A program made the position numbers and the translations under genes. The notes beneath the pieces are model-generated. The model had not been told where the DNA came from, did not search any database, and worked only from the letters and a program-made list of their open reading frames with translations. A DNA stretch of 64,000 nucleotides from a virus. Taxonomy: Duplodnaviria; Caudoviricetes. Location: the IMG/VR virus record IMGVR_UViG_3300045049_000504, positions 1,119-65,118 of that record. The stretch is one strand, 5' to 3'. Numbering within the stretch: the stretch's first letter is position 1; each line of letters starts with the position of its first letter. Below are positions 1 to 7,819 of the stretch, piece by piece.

Positions 1-405
1 GCCGAGCACGATGACGAGCGAAAGTGGGCGCACGAAGCGCATAAGACGCGCCTGAAACGCGAAGAGGAGCGCGACGCCGAATTGTCGCGCATGGAAGCCG
101 CTCTCGGGCGCGCGGTCGCGACGCTGCAAGGGGAACGCGGGTGCTGCTGGGGTGCGCCCATCTGCAACCCTGCGCTCGGCGTCAAGTGCACCCCCTGTCA
201 ACGAAACACTCGCATCGACGCCATCCTCGCCGACCCGACGAGCGCCGCCGCGGGCGAGGCGTGGCGCGAGCTGGTCGATTACGTCCGCTCGGGCGGTCGC
301 GTGCATATCGTATGCGTTGACGGTCGCCACGACTGCAATGATGTGAGCTGCAAGCAGGGGCGCGCGTTGCTCGACAAGGTCGACGCGCTGCGCGCCCAGC
401 GTTGA
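1..405 (+). CDS. Hypothetical Cys-rich protein (5' truncated by window edge)
   Basis: Frame is open from base 1 to TGA at 403-405; several Cys clusters. Confidence 0.55.
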   Translation, partial: AEHDDERKWAHEAHKTRLKREEERDAELSRMEAALGRAVATLQGERGCCWGAPICNPALGVKCTPCQRNTRIDAILADPTSAAAGEAWRELVDYVRSGGRVHIVCVDGRHDCNDVSCKQGRALLDKVDALRAQR

Positions 406-566
406 CCCCCGAAGGCGGTTACGGATGCGCTGTAGCGGGTGGCGATGCCCACGAGGCACCCGCGCAATCTTCTTCGCACCTCTACGACGCCAACTGGCGA
501 CCTCGCTTCGCACCATAGCCAGGCGTAAATCCCGACAAAAGCAGGCGCGCTCCTCGCTCGAGTTCG

Positions 567-582
567 CGGCACGATACTAGCA
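567..582 (+). promoter_or_regulatory. Sigma54-type -24/-12 promoter
   Basis: CGGCACG-ATAC-TAGCA: GG-N10-GC spacing, intergenic, about 40 bp upstream of ATG 624. Confidence 0.6.
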
Positions 583-623
583 CTCGCCGCGAAGTCGAAC
601 TGCGAACGCAAAGGAGCCAGGAC

Positions 624-1847
624 ATGCCGCTGACCGCCCGCTTCGACGCCCTCTGCCCCGCCTGCGGCGGGACCATCAACGCCGGCACCGCCATCGAGCA
701 GCGCCGGGACCTGTCGACGTCGGCGACCCGCACGTTCGTTCACGCCACCTGTGTGGACCGGCAGCTGTCGGCCTCCCACGTCTCCCGGTTCAAGCAGCTC
801 CTCGAGATGCCCCGCCCGACGGCCCGCGGTGTCTGCATGCACGTCGGCGTCACCGTGACCCGCGACAAGCGGTACCTCGAGCACGTCGAGGTCTGCTACC
901 GCGGCGCCACGGCCGGGGTCGACGACGCCAGGTGGGAGACCGCCGTTGCCCTCACCCGCGGCGTGAAGGCCCCGGCGGCCGGCGCCGACGCCCCCGCGGC
1001 CCCGGCGATCGACGCCGAGGAGGTTCGCCGCATCGCCCGCGAGGCCGCCCGCGAGATCGTGGCCCAGTCGCAGGGCCCCCGCGAGATCGTGGTCCGGGTC
1101 GAGAACCGGGAGCCGGTCAAGCTCAAGGGCCTCGCCCACCGCGCCTTCGAGAGGCTCCTGAAGATGGTCGCCGCCGGCGTCAACGTCTGGCTCGCGGGCC
1201 CCGCCGGTTCGGGCAAGACCACGGCGGCCGAGATGGTGGCCGAGGCGCTGGGCCTCCCCTTCATGTTCAACGGGGCCATCGACACCGAGTACAAGCTCTC
1301 GGGGTTCGTGGACGCCCACGGCCGCGTCGTGAGCACGGCCTTCCGCAAGGCTTACACCGAGGGCGGGGTGTACCTGTTCGACGAGGTCGACGCCTCGCTC
1401 CCCGGCGCTACCCTGGCCTTCAACGCCGCCCTCGCCGGCAGCAAGTGCGACTTCCCGGGCGAGACGGCGCCCGTGGCCCGGCACCCCGACTTCCGGTGCA
1501 TCGCCGCCGGCAACACCTGGGGCCACGGCGCGACGGTCGAGTACGTCGGGCGCAACAAGCTGGACGCCGCCTTCCTGGACCGGTTCGTGCAGCTCACGTG
1601 GGACTACGACGAGGACCTCGAGCGCGCCATGATCCCCGCCGACGAGGCCTCCCAGGCGTGGTGCGCGACGGTTCAGAAGCTCCGCGCGCGGGCGCGCTCT
1701 CGCGGGCTCAAGGTCGTCATCTCGCCGCGGGCGTCCGTCAACGGCTCGAAGCTCATCGCGGGCGGTCTCAGCACGGCGGAGGCGCTCGAGGCGTGCGTCT
1801 ACGCGAAGCTCAGCGCCGCCGACCGCGCGAACCTCGAGCGCAACTGA
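624..1847 (+). CDS. MoxR/CbbQ-like AAA+ ATPase with N-terminal CxxC domain
   Basis: Walker A WLAGPAGSGKTT, Walker B YLFDEVD, sensor/Arg-finger region AAGNT...LDAAFLDRF; SD AAGGAG. Confidence 0.9.
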   Translation: MPLTARFDALCPACGGTINAGTAIEQRRDLSTSATRTFVHATCVDRQLSASHVSRFKQLLEMPRPTARGVCMHVGVTVTRDKRYLEHVEVCYRGATAGVDDARWETAVALTRGVKAPAAGADAPAAPAIDAEEVRRIAREAAREIVAQSQGPREIVVRVENREPVKLKGLAHRAFERLLKMVAAGVNVWLAGPAGSGKTTAAEMVAEALGLPFMFNGAIDTEYKLSGFVDAHGRVVSTAFRKAYTEGGVYLFDEVDASLPGATLAFNAALAGSKCDFPGETAPVARHPDFRCIAAGNTWGHGATVEYVGRNKLDAAFLDRFVQLTWDYDEDLERAMIPADEASQAWCATVQKLRARARSRGLKVVISPRASVNGSKLIAGGLSTAEALEACVYAKLSAADRANLERN

Positions 1848-1863
1848 GGAACGAGCGACGCAG

Positions 1864-1910
1864 GGGTGCGAAGCGGGTTGCGCAGTTTTTGGCGACTCCG
1901 CTTCGCACCC
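1864..1910. repeat. 13-bp inverted repeat containing the GGTGCGAAG box (enhancer/operator or hairpin)
   Basis: GGGTGCGAAGCGG ... CCGCTTCGCACCC; the same box occurs at 472, 506, 3611 and 62417. Confidence 0.75.
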
Positions 1911-1947
1911 GCGACGCCAAGTAGCTGATCCCGCTCGAGCAGAACTT

Positions 1948-1963
1948 TGGCCCGTTCCTGGCA
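1948..1963 (+). promoter_or_regulatory. Sigma54-type promoter
   Basis: TGGCCCG-TTCC-TGGCA, GG-N10-GC spacing, upstream of ATG 2012. Confidence 0.55.
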
Positions 1964-2011
1964 GGTCTCGTCTGCATGCTTTCGAAACTGAGCACGACGG
2001 AGGGCACGACG

Positions 2012-2155
2012 ATGGCGAAGCGGACCGCAAAGAAGGACAAGCGCGTTTTCGTCTGCGTATGCCCGAAGTGCAAAGGGACGGGCCGCGTCGGCATCGACCG
2101 TAAGACGTGTTCCGTTTGCAGTGGCTACGGGTTCTTGACCGAGGAGAAGCACTGA
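2012..2155 (+). CDS. Small DnaJ-type zinc-finger protein (47 aa, not in ORF track)
   Basis: MAKRTAKKDKRVFVCVCPKCKGTGRVGIDRKTCSVCSGYG: two CxxCxGxG motifs; SD GGAGGG. Confidence 0.75.
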   Translation: MAKRTAKKDKRVFVCVCPKCKGTGRVGIDRKTCSVCSGYGFLTEEKH

Positions 2156-2294
2156 TGCGCGTGCACATCGCTAAACAGGCCGGAGAAGACAAAGCGATGT
2201 GCGGGCGCCCATATCGATTCTGATCAATTGGGCCACGGCGCGGTGGGTGCTTGGATTGACGCATCCATGGCTGTGCCGTAGCTGCGTCCGCTAG
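2155..2294 (+). pseudogene. Small H..CG..CxxC protein split by a -1 frameshift
   Basis: MRVHIAK...MCGRP stops at 2223; the -1 frame continues ISILINW...WLCRSCVR* to 2294. Confidence 0.4.
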
Positions 2295-2343
2295 CCCTGC
2301 ACAGCGCGCGATGACGCAACGAACGACGGAGGGCACGACGATG
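2292..2343 (+). repeat. 52-bp gene-leader repeat, copy 1
   Basis: 48/52 identical to 62899-62950; core ACGACGGAGGG also at 1994 and 2553. Confidence 0.85.
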
Positions 2344-2544
2344 AAGACGACGATGACTTGGAAGAATCGCCGCAGCGCTAACGGAATCGTGATGTATAGC
2401 GATCTCTTCGTTAACGGTAAGCTCTTCGCGTCGGTCTACTTGCCGCAAGGATCGGAGCAATGGCGCTTGTCGTGCGGCGACAATAGCGGATGGTTCAATT
2501 CGAAGGCCGAAGCCAAGAGCGCTGCCGAAGCGCTGAGCAAGTAA
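2341..2544 (+). CDS. Hypothetical protein
   Basis: ATG after SD GGAGGG in the leader repeat; lower GC than flanks. Confidence 0.7.
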   Translation: MKTTMTWKNRRSANGIVMYSDLFVNGKLFASVYLPQGSEQWRLSCGDNSGWFNSKAEAKSAAEALSK

Positions 2545-2569
2545 CCATGCGCACGACGGAGGGCTAGCA

Positions 2570-2749
2570 GTGGACGAGATCATCACCGTCACATTGATCG
2601 TGACCGCCGGATGCTTGCTCTTCGCGGGCGCAGTCTGGTTTTTCTGGGGGCGCGATGAGAAGTCCGTTACTCGCGCCCTCTGCGACCACGACTTCGGCCT
2701 CGAGGGCGCCTGCGCCCGCTGCGGCCTCAAGGTGGAGGCGCGGTCGTGA
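2570..2749 (+). CDS. Small membrane protein with C-terminal CxH..CxxC motif (59 aa)
   Basis: Hydrophobic N-terminus IITVTLIVTAGCLLFAGAVWFFW; CDHDF..CARCG; stop overlaps next GTG. Confidence 0.6.
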   Translation: MDEIITVTLIVTAGCLLFAGAVWFFWGRDEKSVTRALCDHDFGLEGACARCGLKVEARS

Positions 2750-3603
2750 TCGCCGACGTCGCCCCGACGCCCCGCCGCGAGATCCGGTACCACTGGGAGT
2801 CGCCCGCCGAGCTGGGTGAGGCCTGCGAGCGCGAGCGCTGCGGCATCACGTGGCAGGGCTGGGCCGGCCCGCCCGACTTCATCGCCCGGTGGACCGGCGA
2901 GACGTGGTCGCAGGCCGTCGAGCGCGCCAAGCGCGGCCGCGCCGACCTCGTGGCCGAGGCCGAGCGCCTGATGGAGCAGATCTCCGCGCAGGTCGACTCG
3001 CCGCGGTCGCAGTGGGTCGCGTCACGCGCCGGCGCCTACCCGATGGTCCCGGACGCGCTCTGCGGCCACCCCGACTCGATGCGCCGGCGCGTCGAGGTCT
3101 GCGACGACCGCGCCCCGGTGCGCGTCTACGTCGACCTGGTGTCGCAGGTGTCGGTCACGCACGAGGACCTCCGCCGCCGCGGCGCCGCCTGCCTCGCGCT
3201 CGCGATGCTGCTCTCGGCCGAGCGCCCCGTCGAGCTGTACGGCGTCGTGGTCAACGACGTGACCGACCGCGCATCGGCCGTCGTCCACGTCATTCGCGTC
3301 GGCACGGCGCCGCTGGACCTCGCCACGGCCTGCAACGCGCTGACGTCGGTGGGCCTGGTCCGCGACCTCGCCTACGGCTGGTCGCGCCGCCACGGCTACA
3401 ACGGCGGGTGGGGCTGGTCGCTGCCGCCCAGCGACGAGGCCTCCCGCGCCCAGTACGTGCGGCTCCTGCGCGCCGCCCTCGGGGCGAGCGAGTCCGACAT
3501 CATCGTCCCGCCGGCCATGGACGCGTACCGCGACCCGGCCATGCGCGACCCCGTCGGGTTCGTGCAGCGCTCGCTCGACGAGCACAGCAAGCGCGAAGAG
3601 TAG
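2746..3603 (+). CDS. vWA-like partner of the MoxR ATPase
   Basis: VRVYVDLVSQVSV degenerate MIDAS-like strand then helix RRRGAACLALA; typical position downstream of a MoxR ATPase. Confidence 0.65.
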   Translation: MIADVAPTPRREIRYHWESPAELGEACERERCGITWQGWAGPPDFIARWTGETWSQAVERAKRGRADLVAEAERLMEQISAQVDSPRSQWVASRAGAYPMVPDALCGHPDSMRRRVEVCDDRAPVRVYVDLVSQVSVTHEDLRRRGAACLALAMLLSAERPVELYGVVVNDVTDRASAVVHVIRVGTAPLDLATACNALTSVGLVRDLAYGWSRRHGYNGGWGWSLPPSDEASRAQYVRLLRAALGASESDIIVPPAMDAYRDPAMRDPVGFVQRSLDEHSKREE

Positions 3604-3694
3604 TCGCCAGGGTGCGAACGGGCTTGCGCAGTCGGTTGGGAACCCGGCTGCGCAGCTCGAGCGCTAAGCGCTTGAGATCGCGTCGCAGAACTTC

Positions 3695-3710
3695 TGGCTC
3701 GGAAATAGCA
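3695..3710 (+). promoter_or_regulatory. Sigma54-type promoter
   Basis: TGGCTCG-GAAA-TAGCA; GGTGCGAA box at 3611-3618 upstream. Confidence 0.6.
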
Positions 3711-3874
3711 GACGCGTCAAATGCATGACGAACGAAGCGACGCGGGTGGCGAAGGTCTGGCAGCCGCCGGCGCTCGAGGCCCCGTGGGAGCCGCTCCCGC
3801 TGGTCCCCGAGTGCGACCGCCGGTCCGACGTCGCCCCGTGCGCCCACATGCTCGTCGACGAATAGGAGACTGCC

Positions 3875-4123
3875 ATGACCAAGCTCACCGCCCCGCAGCG
3901 CGCCGCCCTCGCCCTCGCCGCCCACGGCACCCTCGTCTGCGCCTACGGCAACGAGTTCTTCGTCTCGGGGTCCGACGGTCGGGCCACCGCCGAGCGCTCC
4001 ACGCTCAAGGCGCTCGAGCGCCGCGGCCTCCTCGCCTACGCGCCGGGGCTCACCCGCCGCGGCGAGTACCGCCTGACGGACGCCGGCCGCGACGCAGTCG
4101 CCGCCTCGGCGGAGGTGGCCTGA
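3875..4123 (+). CDS. Small winged-helix-like protein
   Basis: LTAPQRAAL...STLKALERRGLL...YRLTDAGR pattern; SD AGGAG. Confidence 0.65.
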   Translation: MTKLTAPQRAALALAAHGTLVCAYGNEFFVSGSDGRATAERSTLKALERRGLLAYAPGLTRRGEYRLTDAGRDAVAASAEVA

Positions 4124-4359
4124 TGGACACCGCCAAGTTCGTGCTCGAGACCGCCACCACCCTCGCCGACCGCGGCCTCGCCGTCTTCGAGCCCGGCCCG
4201 CAGGGCCTGGCCATCGCCCACGTCTTCCCCACCAAGGCCGCCGCGGGCGTCTTCCTGCGGTCCGAGGGGCGCCGCGGCGGCACCAAGGCGCTGTGCTCGG
4301 TGCTCGTGCCGCCGCTCTTCCGGCCGCTCGGCGCCCCGGGCGAGGTCGTGTGGTCGTGA
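4123..4359 (+). CDS. Hypothetical protein
   Basis: TGATG coupling, GC3-rich codon usage. Confidence 0.55.
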   Translation: MDTAKFVLETATTLADRGLAVFEPGPQGLAIAHVFPTKAAAGVFLRSEGRRGGTKALCSVLVPPLFRPLGAPGEVVWS

Positions 4360-4556
4360 TCGCTCTCTACGACCGCGTCGTCGTCGCAGACACGCCCCGC
4401 GTCGGCGAGGCCGAGACCGGCCGCGTCGTCGAGTGGTCGCCGACGGGCGACAGTGCCCTCGTCCTGCTCGACGACCCGCACGCGACCGAGTGGCCCGGCG
4501 ACCGCCGCCTGGTGTGGGTGTCCGAAGGCCGTCTGTCGCCGGAGGTCGCGTCGTGA
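4356..4556 (+). CDS. Small SH3/KOW-like protein
   Basis: DRVVV..TGRVVEW..ALVLLD..LVWV..L pattern; GTGA overlap. Confidence 0.5.
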   Translation: MIALYDRVVVADTPRVGEAETGRVVEWSPTGDSALVLLDDPHATEWPGDRRLVWVSEGRLSPEVAS

Positions 4557-5368
4557 GCCGCGAGGCCCTGATGAGCGCCGACGAGATCGGCGCCGCGCTC
4601 GACCGCCTGCAGGCGGGCATCCGCGCGGACGTCGCCAACCACCACCGAGGAGGGTCCATGGAAGCCGCAGAGAAGACCGAGACCGAGTCGAAGCCCAAGA
4701 AGTACGGAGACCTGGTGCGCGAGGCCCGCGAGCTGGAGGCGCGCGGCGCGCACAACGCGGCCGCGACCCTGTGGGACGTCGCCAAGGACCTGGCCCGCCG
4801 CACGAAGCGGTCGACGGCCGAGGCGGTCGAGGGCGCGATGCGCTGCCGCGCCGCCGCCGGCGACCCGCGGGCCGCGGGCGTCGCCAAGGTCGGCGCCATC
4901 CTCGACGACGCGGCCGCCGAGTCCGAGACCGACGACATCGCCGAGGAGATGGCGGCCCTCGAGGCCGAGGTCGAGGCCGCCGCGAACGAGGGCGAAGGAG
5001 AGCCCGCCCGCGCGAAGCCCGAAAAGAAGGCGCCGAAGGCCCCTCGTAAGCCCAAGGCCGCGTCGAAGAAGTCGGCGGCCATGGACGCGCACGAAGAGAA
5101 CCTCGCGAAGCGGGAGGCCACCCGCGCGCGTCAGAACGACCTCAAGGTCGGCACCAAGCTCGAGCACAAGGTGCGCGGCGAGGTCCTGGCGACGTGCACG
5201 TGGCACGGGCCGCGCGACTGGCGCTACCGCAACAAGTCGTACACGTCGATCAGCGCCGCGGCGAACGCGGCCGCCGCCCACCTCCGGGAGACGGGGGTGT
5301 ACAAGCCCGGCGGCCGGCTCGCGCTCAACGGGTGGGTGTTCTGGGGCGTCGAAAAGCGGGAGCCGTAG
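4553..5368 (+). CDS. Protein with C-terminal RAMA/DUF4357-like domain (alternative start 4658)
   Basis: YTSISAAANAAA...LNGWVFWG motif at the C-terminus. Confidence 0.7.
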   Translation: MSREALMSADEIGAALDRLQAGIRADVANHHRGGSMEAAEKTETESKPKKYGDLVREARELEARGAHNAAATLWDVAKDLARRTKRSTAEAVEGAMRCRAAAGDPRAAGVAKVGAILDDAAAESETDDIAEEMAALEAEVEAAANEGEGEPARAKPEKKAPKAPRKPKAASKKSAAMDAHEENLAKREATRARQNDLKVGTKLEHKVRGEVLATCTWHGPRDWRYRNKSYTSISAAANAAAAHLRETGVYKPGGRLALNGWVFWGVEKREP

Positions 5369-5369
5369 T

Positions 5370-5477
5370 ATGGCCTCGCGGACGCGGGTCGTGATACTGG
5401 TCGTGGTACTGGTCGTGGTCGGAGCGCTCGCGGGTGCGGCGCTCGGCATCCTCGGCGCCTGGCTCGGCGCCGGTTGA
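5370..5477 (+). CDS. 35-aa single-TM peptide
   Basis: MASRTRVVILVVVLVVVGALAGAALGILGAWLGAG. Confidence 0.45.
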   Translation: MASRTRVVILVVVLVVVGALAGAALGILGAWLGAG

Positions 5478-5501
5478 CAACGCTACGCGGAGGACGCACG
5501 T

Positions 5502-5807
5502 ATGGCGACGAAGTCGAAGAAGGGCAACGGTAAGGCGACGGACGGCAAGGTGGGGAAGGTCGCGCGGAAGTTGCGCGTGGGCGCGGTGCTGACGCACCGG
5601 ACGAGGGAGGGGAAGGAGGTGACCTGCACCGTCACGAAGGACGGCTTCAAGTTCGGACGGCAGGTCTTCACGTCGATCAGCGCCGCGGCGAACGCGGCGT
5701 CGGAGAAGCTCGGGCAGCAGTCGCGGACGCTGAACGGGTGGGTCTTCTGGGGCGTCGAGCGCCGGACGGGCGGCGACCGACGCCAGGCGGACAGTGCCGT
5801 CGAGTAG
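5502..5807 (+). CDS. Stand-alone RAMA/DUF4357-like domain protein
   Basis: FTSISAAANAAS...LNGWVFWG; 30 bp identical to the upstream paralog (5242-5271 = 5669-5698). Confidence 0.75.
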   Translation: MATKSKKGNGKATDGKVGKVARKLRVGAVLTHRTREGKEVTCTVTKDGFKFGRQVFTSISAAANAASEKLGQQSRTLNGWVFWGVERRTGGDRRQADSAVE

Positions 5808-5808
5808 G

Positions 5809-6429
5809 CTACCCGAGCGCCGACGCGAGCCGCGCGGCGCCGCCCCACCTGCCGAACGCGTCGAGCGCGTCGGCCTCCCAGCCGTCCCGCTTCCACGCCG
5901 GCGACGACGCAGACCCCGCGAAGATCACGTAGGACACGACCGGGTACGAGACGCCGCCCGTGCGCGGGTCGCTCGGGATGCCGAGCGCGCGCGCCGCGGC
6001 GATCGAGACCTCGCCGGGGTGCGGTCCGACGTCGGCGACGATGCAGGGCACGACCTTGTCGCCGAGGCACGCGACGGCCAGGTCGCCCATGCGGACGCCC
6101 GAGCCGCGCATCGCCCGCGTGCACGTCACGTACGCCACCTGCTCGGAGTCGACGTAACGGCGCGGGTCGCGGACCTCGTGCACGCTCGCGTCGATGAGCG
6201 AGGTCGTCGACACGTAGAAGCCCGGCGCCGGGTCCGTGTCGCGCTGGACGTACTCGACGCCCGACGGGTCGCACGCGAGCGCCCACGGGTGCTCGAGCGG
6301 GCCCGCGTTCGCGAGCTTGTCGAGGCCCTTCGCCGAGTCGGGGTGGTACGCGCGCGGCGAGCCGTCCGCGTCGATCGCGGCGCCCGAGCGCCAGACGACA
6401 GCGCCGTCGACTACCTTGTAGGCGTCCAT
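5809..6429 (-). CDS. Glycoside hydrolase family 75-like protein, putative endolysin
   Basis: IDADG, YVDSEQVAYV, GDLAV, VADVGP, GEVSIAAARALG motifs; last gene of the late operon, beside membrane genes. Confidence 0.75.
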   Translation of the reverse strand: MDAYKVVDGAVVWRSGAAIDADGSPRAYHPDSAKGLDKLANAGPLEHPWALACDPSGVEYVQRDTDPAPGFYVSTTSLIDASVHEVRDPRRYVDSEQVAYVTCTRAMRGSGVRMGDLAVACLGDKVVPCIVADVGPHPGEVSIAAARALGIPSDPRTGGVSYPVVSYVIFAGSASSPAWKRDGWEADALDAFGRWGGAARLASALG

Positions 6430-6758
6430 GCCTGCCTCTCGTGGTCTGGTCGGTCGACGACGCGGGCGCCGATGACGCGCGCGTTCTCGCGTTCCTGCTC
6501 GAGCACGCGCTCGAGGTCGTCGTGGATGTAGCCCTCGACGGCCTCGACCTTGCCGACGCGCTCGCTGAGCCTGGCGCGCGCGGTACGCTCTTCGTCGACG
6601 TGCTCCTCGAACTTCGAGGCGCGGGCGAAGCGCTGCGAGAACAGCCCTCCGCCGACGCCCAGGGCCAATAGAGAGCCGATCGCGGCGAGGATGACTCGCC
6701 AGCTGGTGATCCGCTTCGCGAGCTGCTCGAGCGGCTGCGGTGAAGCCGTGGCTGCCAT
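6411..6758 (-). CDS. TM + coiled-coil lysis protein (holin or i-spanin-like)
   Basis: One N-terminal TM segment (VILAAIGSLLALGVGGGLF) then a charged helical tail. Confidence 0.6.
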   Translation of the reverse strand: MAATASPQPLEQLAKRITSWRVILAAIGSLLALGVGGGLFSQRFARASKFEEHVDEERTARARLSERVGKVEAVEGYIHDDLERVLEQERENARVIGARVVDRPDHERQAWTPTR

Positions 6759-6763
6759 CGTCG

Positions 6764-7018
6764 TTACCACCCGCGGTGCGGGTCGACCCAGACAAAGTGG
6801 CCGAGGCCGCGGTCGTCTCTGACGAGACACACGCACTGCCGGCGGTCACGGTCGTAGGTCGAACCCTCGACCACGCCCCCGAGGAGGGCGGCCTGGTCGG
6901 GACAGGTCCGCAGCTCGCACGCCTTCTCGTGCGGGCCCGGACCCGGAAGCGGCAGCAGCGGGCCGAGGCAGCCCGCCGACACCGCCGCGAGAGCGGCTAC
7001 CTGGACGGCCCGGCGCAC
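6764..7018 (-). CDS. Small Cys-rich lipoprotein (o-spanin-like)
   Basis: MRRAVQVAALAAVSAGC lipobox-like signal; Pro-rich segment; located in the lysis cassette. Confidence 0.55.
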   Translation of the reverse strand: MRRAVQVAALAAVSAGCLGPLLPLPGPGPHEKACELRTCPDQAALLGGVVEGSTYDRDRRQCVCLVRDDRGLGHFVWVDPHRGW

Positions 7019-7683
7019 GCCAGAAGCTCACCGGGCGCGAGGCCCTCAAGGTCGCCGAGCGCGACGAGCACCTGGTCGGCGACGTCGGCCTGGGCCTTCA
7101 TGCCCGCGGCCTTGAGGTCGTCGCGGATCGTCGACCAGGCGCACGCGAGCGCCTTCGCGTCCTGGACGACGACGGGGTACGCGGCGACGACGGCCATGAG
7201 GTCGCTGAACGCGTCGGTGGGGTTCGCGGCGACGGAGAGGATGCTCGTGAAGACCGGCGCGAGCGGCGCGTACTGCGGGCCGCACTTCGTCTTGACGTCG
7301 TTCACGCACTTCTCGATGAGCGCGGCGTCGGCGCTGAGCTTCTGGCTGAACGTCGCGCCCTTCGGGGCCGCGGTCGTCGCGCAGCCCGACGCGAGCATCG
7401 CGCCCGCGGCCAGCAGCGCCAGCAGCGCCAGCAGCGCGCCGGGGGCCTTCGACGGCTCGTCGGGCTTCCGCGTGCCGAGGCCAGGCAAGCTCACGGGCGT
7501 GCCGAAGAGACCGCCCTTCGCGTGCTCGGCGACCCACGACAGGCGGTCGGCGAGCTTGCCGAGGACGCCCTGCGCCTTCGGGAGCTTGCCGAACAGGACG
7601 AACAGGTTGCGCAGGGTGGCGAGCAGGGTCGCCAGGGCGCCGGCGACGGCGCCGACGGCTTCGATCTTCTGGTCGATGGTCAT
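6997..7683 (-). CDS. Holin-like membrane protein fused to a lipoprotein-like domain
   Basis: N-terminal hydrophobic helix plus internal LLALLALLAAGAMLASGC lipobox-like segment; SD GGGAGG. Confidence 0.6.
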   Translation of the reverse strand: MTIDQKIEAVGAVAGALATLLATLRNLFVLFGKLPKAQGVLGKLADRLSWVAEHAKGGLFGTPVSLPGLGTRKPDEPSKAPGALLALLALLAAGAMLASGCATTAAPKGATFSQKLSADAALIEKCVNDVKTKCGPQYAPLAPVFTSILSVAANPTDAFSDLMAVVAAYPVVVQDAKALACAWSTIRDDLKAAGMKAQADVADQVLVALGDLEGLAPGELLACAGPSR

Positions 7684-7819
7684 GGGGTTCCTCCCGAATG
7701 CGGTGCGGGTTGCCAGGCCTGGTAGTAGACCAGGCCCGAGCGCGCGAAGTTCGCCTGCTACGGGCCGCAGACCGTCGCCTGGACCGCGGCGACGCCGTTC
7801 AGCACGCGGCCGAAAACGG

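Noticed and set aside
624-1847. AAA+ ATPase as the sigma54 activator
   Set aside because: No GAFTGA loop or C-terminal Fis-type HTH; motifs and the vWA neighbour fit MoxR.
279-2336. Long antisense or alternative-frame ORFs (279-2336, 11779-13824, 19938-22559, 37062-39551, 49720-52764 and others)
   Set aside because: Arg/Pro/Ala-rich shadow ORFs expected from high GC3; they overlap motif-supported genes.
5387-5422. 12-bp tandem repeat GGTCGTG(A/G)TACT x3
   Set aside because: Explained by Val/Leu codons of the small TM peptide at 5370-5477.
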